A stretch of 64,000 nt of DNA, from contig NC_092679.1 in the NCBI RefSeq assembly GCF_964355755.1, positions 16,723,432 through 16,787,431 on the forward strand, read 5' to 3'. A model generated the notes under the pieces. It had not been told where the DNA came from. It worked only from the letters and a program-made list of their open reading frames with translations, and searched no databases. A program made the position numbers and the translations under genes. Source of the stretch: Antedon mediterranea. Taxonomy: Eukaryota; Animalia; Echinodermata. Positions 55,716 through 64,000 of the stretch are shown here, piece after piece (the first letter of the stretch is position 1; every line of letters starts with the position of its first letter).

Positions 55716-56609
55716 TTGTGTTTTATCGGAACCTTTTCCCTTTACAATAGACATGTTTATGAGGTGCATAGACAAAAGGTCATGGTGATAAAAAATTAAA
55801 GATTTAGATACAACGGACTGACCGTCTGACGGCAAACAATGAGTTGGATTAGAGATGCAAGTAAGGGAAACTGTACGCCTACCAATGGGTTCTGCGGCCG
55901 ATATTTGTCAGCTCATGGTGTCAACCGAGGAGCAAAAAAGTGACTTAACTCTATTTTAGGTAATTCCATTTTCTTATAATCAATCAATCAAAATAACATT
56001 TATTTCCGTCATTCATACACAAACATAGGCTATGATTTCTTACAATAGGCCTATACAAACATAAAAGAGCCACAGGTTTAAAAAAGAAAAGCTTGTGCTG
56101 ACAGTGAAGGAGACAGGTGCTACATTCTTTCACTAGAATAGAATTATACTAATTCCTGCGTGAATAGCCTAGCTACATTGGTGGCTCAGGCTCAGAGCAT
56201 TTTAGTCTTTGGCTTAGAATTCTTCGTAGTTTATCAGTAATTATTCAATACAAATAATTAGGTTGATAAGAGATTCTGAAGTCGACCACGAAAAGTATAT
56301 TTTCATGGGCAATCCAGACGTTTTCCCGCCGGCAGCCTCATAGTGCCAACGCCCTACAGAGTCTAATCCTTGGCCACATGTGCGCGCCTAAATACATAAA
56401 TAAACCGCAACCCTCCCGACTCAATCATCTGAAAAACTTACTAATATTTATATTACTTACCCTTTCAAGCTTCCTCTGAAGAACTATACGACCACCACAC
56501 TAATTTAGTTCAGATTCAGTCTGAAGTCCATCAAACTTACACTCTACTAATGGATAAACCAAATGATGTAATAATTCTATTTTCAATGCATTTGTTATTC
56601 TAATAATCC

Positions 56610-56633
56610 TGGGAATTCCAGTGGGGAATTTTC
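56610..56633. promoter_or_regulatory. Two kB-like motifs upstream of gene C
   Basis: TGGGAATTCCA and GGGGAATTTTC in tandem, about 150 bp upstream of the 56461 donor; imperfect matches. Confidence 0.35.
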
Positions 56634-56997
56634 TTATCGATAACGTATAGCGCCCTCTTTAAACCCATTGAAAACTTGTTTTTAGAGTTTCCGGCCATAA
56701 TATTATATCCACACATTAATTTGTGTTTTTGAGTCGAGTTTATAAAATAAAGTTAGAGTTCAACCAAATTTGTTTATTCGTAGGCCCTACTGTTTTATTA
56801 TTTTGCTATGAGTTGCTGACCGGAAAAGTTGGGGGTGGTTTACTATTTTCAGATGCCTAATTTAAGATTAGTAATAGTAACCCACTACTCTAATAGTAAC
56901 CCCCATTCTAATAGTAACCCACCAACTCAAAGAATAATAACACAGGGTTACCATTAGAATAATTACGGTATTCCATAAACATGTCGTATTAATACAT

Positions 56998-57604
56998 TAG
57001 GGAGGTTTCGCAACCTTACGAATACGATAACGAAAACGGATACGTCATACATTTGTGAAACTTTTGAGCTGATCCCCATTTCATATTCGTAAAGCGTAAA
57101 AGCGTCATAATAGGGAGGTTTCGCAACCTTACGAATACGATAACGACAACGGATACGTCCACGCACACGTATTCGTTTTTCGTAAGCCAGTAAAAATCTG
57201 TTTCGCATTGCAACAAAATATGACTGCGGTAAATTTGAGCGAAACGCAGGTACGTGTTGCTTGGTGCTTGGCTGCCTAGGCCTAGCGTAACATCAAAGCG
57301 AGTGAAGACTTTAAAAACTGCTATTTATCAAAGTTGACCTGGCATTTTAGTAAATTACTTTAGTAAATTACTTTCAATAAAGGTATAATTATATTATAGT
57401 CATGAATCATTCCTGATTTAAATGCAAAATGTGCAAAATAGATCAAAAACTATACTCGTTTTGTAGTTACGAATATGACTGGTGATATTCGTCAACACGA
57501 ATACGCTTTACGAATATGAAATGGGGATCAGCTCAAAAGTTTCACAAATGTGTGACGTATCCGTTTTCGTTATCGTATTCGTAAGGTTGCGAAACCTCCC
57601 TATT
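56998..57604. mobile_element. Harbinger-like MITE with an adjacent inverted copy of its own right end
   Basis: Element 57111-57602 has TIR TAGGGAGGTTTCGCAACCTTACGAATACGATAACGA.AACGGATACGTC; 56998-57098 is the reverse complement of about 57502-57602. Confidence 0.75.
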
Positions 57605-60600
57605 GAGGCAGTTTTAACTTGTTTGATTTTTTCTATCTACCCTTGAAGCTCTTTGATTTATATAAATAGGCTAATTAGTACATGTAGGCCTATTTTATGG
57701 GGCTATCATCAAATCTTGAATGGTAATTATACCTCCTCCATCAATACAAAAAAAATGAATAGAAAATGAATTATAAGACAAGAGCTTGTAGTTTTTACCT
57801 TATCGGTTGTATTTTATTTAGTTTCATTAACATCGTGTTCACGATCTCTATTTAAAACTAAGATATCTCTATTTAAAACTAAGATATCTCTATTTAAAAC
57901 TAAGATATCTCTATTGCTTGAATAAATGACAGCTTGGCGCGCCATACTTTAAGAGGATCGTTGTATAGTGTCAAGTTTGGTTTTCTACATTGACGTTGCA
58001 ATGATAGCTAAACTCCGCGGTAAATCTGGTTATCTATTGGCGAAGGTTGCCAGATTTCCGAGAACGAATTTCGGAATTGTTCGGGTTTTTCACGAATGAA
58101 AAATCATGTTGTTTCCGACAAACAATGGTCGTGGAAGATTATAATGTTTATGATACTTCGCTCTACTAACACTACAGACGACTTACAAGTTCTACAAATT
58201 AATAATAAAAAACACGATAGTAGGTGTTCAATATATATTTCAATGCACTTTAAAGTAATTTACAAATTATAACTTATAAGCATGCGTTTCATTTAATTGT
58301 TTTCAAGAATTAAGTGTTGTAATAATAGGCCTATTTATTTATAAAATTGATTTATTTGTAATAGCAGCAAAATAATTATTACTAGAGTAAGAGAATTTTT
58401 TAAGCAAGCATGACTATTACTTTCCCCAGCTTGCATTGCAATATTTGCCGAACAAACTTTATTATTGTCATTATTTAAAATGTTAAATTACCGTACTGTA
58501 AACGGCAGATCTTAGTAGTAATGATAGTGTTGATTTATATTCTTGTTTAAATTAACAAGTTAGGCCTAGGTTTAATAACATAAGTAAGTTCATTATTCAT
58601 AGCATTGTACTAAGATTCATTAAAACACTATACTTCATTTTAATAGTTATCTGAAATATTATATTATCAATAACATACAGTGTTAAATGACGTTATTATT
58701 GCATTCATGAATAGCATTTATAACAGTTGTTACCGAGGCCGCATGTCAAGAGATGTTCACCCCGCCACGATCTAATTTTAAGTTGTTTAAAAGGAATGAG
58801 AGTTAAAAGATCAAAATTTCCAGGGGATTCAATCATTTTAGGAATAACTAGCTAAAATACCACGATTCTGAATTATCTTCTTTCATTCTGTTACATAGAT
58901 CACCTAGATGAACACATTCAAGTGTTATAGATAACTAAATGTCCTCTTGATTATGCTTGATTGTACATGTTCTGGTGGTGCATCCAGAATGGATTTTGCT
59001 TCGTCCGATTGTCATTTAAAAAAAGAATAAAGGTTTGTCATGTACAAAATAAGAACATCCTCTTTGATAATATACAGAGTAACTTGATGAGTTGTGAGAT
59101 AGTTCCATCAAAACGTATTCATGAAAAGAAAAGACAGATAAATAAATGCCATATCTGAAAGCAAGGTAGATTCAACTTTAAAGTAACAACTGTGGTCATA
59201 TCAGGTTGACTGTTTTTACCTAAACTAAAATGTTGAGAACATCATCTTGGTATTAACTTCTTGGGTAGGTTCCAGCACATGAAAAGAAAAAATAATTCTA
59301 AAGTATAAACAAAACTAGACTCGAATTTAAATGTGACTCGTTGTTGTACCTGAAATATTAAAACATAATCTTGAAATTATTGGTGATGAGTTGCTTCCCG
59401 TTCATGAAAAGACAAAAAGAAAACGTTTAATTTAAATTTTAAAACTGTCAGTGGTTGTTTTTACCTAAAATGTTGGAGACATAATCTTAATATTAACTTC
59501 TTGGTGATGAGTTGTGGAACTTCCGGAAAATGAAAGGAAAAATAGAATTACAAAGTTATATAAAAAATTATATTTGTATGTAAAACGCTTAGGCTAATTA
59601 CTTCAACTCGAATTTATAAACAAATGTTGCTAACATCATCATGTCGACTTCTTGTTGGTAAGTCGTAGTAATAGTGCTCTCGCCAATTAATGAAAAGAAA
59701 GAATTATCAATGTTTTAAACATAACAAAACTAAACCATACATTGGTATTGGTATTGGCTTGTAATAGCTCAATCATGGCTCTAACAATATTAGATTGCCT
59801 TGGCTAGACTAGAGTAGTATAACGTGATTAAATGTTCATACCTAAAATGTTGATATTGACTTGATTATGTCGTGTCGCCATCAGAAAGCATTTATAAAAA
59901 AAACCCAATAATTATTACACACTTAAAACAAATAAAGTTTGGTGGATAAAGTTGTAGTTAACAAATGTGACTCTTCTTACCTAAAATGTTACACCAGCTT
60001 GGTGTCGATTGTTGATGTAGTTCCCCCGATAAGTATGAATGAAAAACAACATTTAAAAATAAACACTTTATTAGTTATTGATTTTAGCTACGTGTATGTA
60101 TACAGGCCACCACACAAATATTAATTACTCTATTACACGGTTATAAACAAATCAATTTTACGTTTTTTAATATTTTGGTGGATAGAGTTTTAGATAATAA
60201 TTATGACTGCTCTTACCTAATATTATGTTGACAACATTAGCCTGGTGGTATCAAGGTCTTGTTGATTTTAGTTTACTCGACAAGTATCAACGAAAAAAAT
60301 AAAGAAAACAGTTTAGCTATATTTACCTAGGTGCGCTTATAAAAGATACACATATTTTCCACAAAAATATTTAAAGAAATAGTATTTGATTAGCGGTATT
60401 AAAAATAAATTTGAATAATTTTGTTTACCTGAAATGATGTATCTCTTGATCATCATTTTGTAGTCGTCGCAGGTTTGTATGAAAATAAAATATAACAAGT
60501 TAAGTATACAGTAATAAAATGAGGATTTATTTTAGTAGGAAAAACGTTTAAAATGTAATAAAATAATATAGATCGATGTATTACAATCTTAAATACAATA

Positions 60601-61306
60601 GAGTAATAATTTACCTATCTTGGTTTAAAGGATGATTGTGAATAAACGTCATGTACTTTTTAGCAAGACTGTATCGTCGTAACATAAAAATAGAGAAAAA
60701 ATATAATTAATATAAGAAAAGTGATGTTTTATAAACGCGAGAGCTTTTTGTTATGTTTTTGATTACAATATATTGAAATATAAAAATTATAATAAAGAAT
60801 TATAATTAAAAATTATAGGACATCTAACCTTGTTTAAACAAATAAAAGAGTTTTTTATTACTTTTTTTTTATAATAGGCCTATGTTAAAAATAGAAACTA
60901 TAAGTCTTATATTAAAATACATTACAAGGAAAAATTTAAAATTAACAAATTGTATATACTTACTTTTTTACAATACTTACCAATAGCAACTTAAAATGTT
61001 CGTTTTTAAAATAATGTTTTGTGAGCTTCATCTCTTTTGTAATTTTATTTAAAATGTTTAATTAAGAATGAACTTAAAAAAGAAACACACATAAATTGGC
61101 GGGATTTTATTATTAATGTTCTTGATTGTCATTTTAATACTATTTATTATCAATATTTTCATTATTACTATATTATTATTATTTTATTATAATCATTATT
61201 GAACCATAATTAATATTAATGTATTCTTATTATTATATCTGAGCTTTATTTGTTTATATTGTTTATATGTTAATATGTTAATAATTAAAAACTATATTTA
61301 AAAAAA

Positions 61307-62810
61307 CTAAGGCCCGTTGATACCCTGGCATGTTGGATTGCTCTTCTCCCTTTCTTTATAGATGTCCAAGATGTTGATTACCCAATCCAGAGATGGTCGA
61401 TCTTCTGCGTCGAAACATGCACAAGCCTTTCCAAATTCAACCATGTCACTATGTCTAATTGCCACTCCTACAATACGTATACCATAACCGATGGAATACA
61501 CGTCACCGCTAACAGAATCGCAAGCACCGTCAATGTATTTTTCTGGTGCTACCTCTGGATGATTATCCATGTATTGAATTACTTCGTCCATCGATGAAAA
61601 AATTACCTTTCTGTTACCTCTTGGATATTCTACTCTGCATGCCATCCCGAAGTCTGTAAGCTTCGCTCTGTGGCTGGTTCCGTCGTGGTGGATCAGAATG
61701 TTTCTCGCAGCTACATCGTTGTGGAGAATCCCGCGTTTGTGCATTTCGTTGAGCGCAATGACAACCTCTGATGTCATAGAGATACATTCAAGCGCGCTCA
61801 AAGACGGCTGTCCGGTTCGCAATACATCCAGGAATGTGGTACTGGAAAGGCTGAAGGTATTTCCGATAAACTCCTGCACCATACAGCATATGTCACCTTG
61901 GCGGAAGACGCCAAAGACGCGAGGAACAGAAGGCAGATCGTCTAAAAACTTCATCACACGCGCTTCTGCCAGCATCTTGGCCCATGCATGATTAGGATTG
62001 CTGTAACTGTTCAAAAAAGCCGTCTTGACTGCGACGAGGTGATAGTGGCCTGGAAAAAGATCGGATGTCATCAGGTCAACGCGGCCAAAACTTCCCTGTC
62101 CAAGACGTACAGGATTACTAAGGTGGGAAACACTTGAACTAACTAATAACCGAGCAGGCGGCAGAATGTCAGCAAGTTTTATTGTAGCCTCTATATCGTT
62201 AAGGATGGGTTTAGGTGTTGAAGTGGTGGTGTTACTTTTCGAAGAACGGGACGAACCATTGAAGCTACTGGCAGGTGACAATGGCCATTGCGATGATAAC
62301 GATGATGACACACTACAAAGACGTTTCCTTTCTGGTATCTCACCGGGTGATAACTCTGATGTTGGTTGTCTGAAAATGCGCTGGACCGGAGCGGTAGACG
62401 ATGAAGATGATGATGACGACGAGGAGCTATAAACACGTTGCTTTGGAAGAATCACCTCCCCTGGTGATAGACCTGGTGTGGTAAGTATCTGGCCAGGAGA
62501 AAGCGCGAATTTTAAAGATGACGATTTGGATGACATTGGCCACAGAGACGAATGTGATCTTGATGACTTTGATAGAGACTTTGATGATGACTGTCGTACT
62601 GATACGTATACCCCTGGCAGTGATGCCGGTGATGCCGACACTGTGCCCGCTGATAGAGATGATGATGATGATAATGACGACGATGACGTTCTTAAGTTGC
62701 TATCCGATGATTCGTCACTTTTGATACACAAAAGATGAAGCACTGCTGCCCAAATCCTTCCAAATACTGACTTTCTTCTTACTTGCTGGGGTGCATCTGG
62801 TTGAGATCTA
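61307..62810 (-). CDS. Protein kinase exon (Ser-rich region + non-RD kinase domain); true start codon not located
   Basis: LGQGSFGRV, VAVK, AEARVM, HNDVAARN, TDFG, VAPE, DVYSIG and DRPS. The frame stays open upstream of the GTG at 62743 to about 62840 without an ATG and passes a pyrimidine-AG acceptor near 62810, which implies an upstream exon. Confidence 0.8.
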
Positions 62811-62899
62811 CTTAATTTGGAAAAAAATTTACAATAGATTTATTCAATAATAATTTAATATAAGATCTGTATAATAAGATTAAGAATATGCTCCCCCAG

Positions 62900-64000
62900 C
62901 TATCTTGGTATTGGTAGGCCTTAGACTACAGTATATTATCAGGCGTACACAACTATAAGTAACCTTATTATTACTACTACTAGAGCTAGTCTTGTGTGTG
63001 GTACTTAGAACTTACGTAAGCTGTCTACTTCCTACTAGTAGTCCTAGACTACAGAGAGGCCCAATAGCTAGTCTAGTAGGCCCTTACGGCCATATCTTGA
63101 ACTGTAAATCATACCCAACTAATAATAAATGTTTATGTTAGGTTAAGGCCGTAAGGGCAAGGGTCTATTATTATTATTTACTATTAGTATTACTGCTAGG
63201 GGAGGCTAGTTTAATAGTTAGGCTATTTGTAGACTAGACTTGGTGAATCTGGTAGACTATCTAGGCCTAATTAGTAATAATAAGTAGGCCTATTCTATGG
63301 TTACCGTATGCTAGTACTACTTACTACGCTAGCCTAGGCCTAGACTAGTAGTAGTAGTACTAGTAGTAGTCCCTAGCTAGCTAGCTAGCTAACCTCTAAG
63401 CCTAATTGATAGGCCCTAACCTAGCTAGGCTTCTTAGGAGGCCTAAAGCATATCATATCCAGTTAGCCTAACTAGTAGGCTCACCTCTATCTAGCTAGGC
63501 TAGGCTAGCTAGCTAGCTAAGCCCTAGTTAGAAGTCTAGCCTATCTATATTTTAGGTAGGCCTAGGCCTATCTTAACGCTAGCTAGATGCCCTACTAATA
63601 CTAGGCCTAGTAGGCTATCTAGGCTAGGCCTACTACTAGACTAGTACTAGTCTAGGCCTATGTAGAGTAGGCTACTATTTACTAAGTACTAGACTAGGCC
63701 TAGGCATATTATTATTAGTAGGCATAAGCCTCTAGACTAGGCCTAGGCCTAAACCTAGGTCTAGGCCTAGCTAGCCTAGGGCCTAGGCTACTACTGTACT
63801 AGCCTAGCCTAGTAGGTTAGGCTAGAGGGGCCTAGTTAGGTAGGCATAAATTAATACTAATAATAGGAGGCCTAGGCTAGGCCTAGGCCTAGGCCTAGGT
63901 AGGCTAGGGCCTACTACTACTATCTAGGGCCAGGCCTAGGCTAGGCCTATAACAAAGTCTACTAGCTAGGCCTAGGCTAGCGGCCTAGGCCTCGGCCTAG
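62900..64000. repeat. Low-complexity tract built from TAG/CTA/AGGCCT palindromic words
   Basis: Irregular concatenation of TAGGCCTA, CTAG, TAGCTA and TAGTAG with no fixed period. Confidence 0.85.

Noticed and set aside
56635-56658. DRE-like TATCGATA and partial CTCF-like AGAGGGCGC motifs
   Set aside because: Short single matches with no independent support.

Overview
AT-rich, intron-containing animal DNA (invertebrate-like; the species cannot be determined from the sequence). Exons were assembled by hand from GT-AG sites and reading-frame phase. The + strand carries a 5-exon ADP-dependent glucokinase (ADPGK, 9311-20025) whose third intron holds a LINE nested inside a MITE, plus a 39-bp minisatellite. 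The - strand carries a cluster in the order gene C (51106-55715), calmodulin (41066-45405), a divergent intact calmodulin-like paralog (37654-40121), gene B (29823-35113) and gene A (22731-27741). A, B and C share a PARP14/DTX3L-type RRM-like N-terminus, KH-like modules and one macrodomain, with matching intron positions and no visible PARP catalytic domain. A and C end in a C3HC4 RING placed just after the macrodomain (candidate single-chain ADP-ribose-directed E3 ligases), whereas B has no RING. The calmodulin-like paralog and gene B share an identical 39-bp upstream block containing a consensus NF-kB site. A non-RD protein kinase exon lies at 61.3-62.8 kb. The remainder is many non-autonomous DNA transposons, an LTR with a tRNA-Leu primer-binding site, and several minisatellites. 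Domain names come from motif recognition, not database searches.
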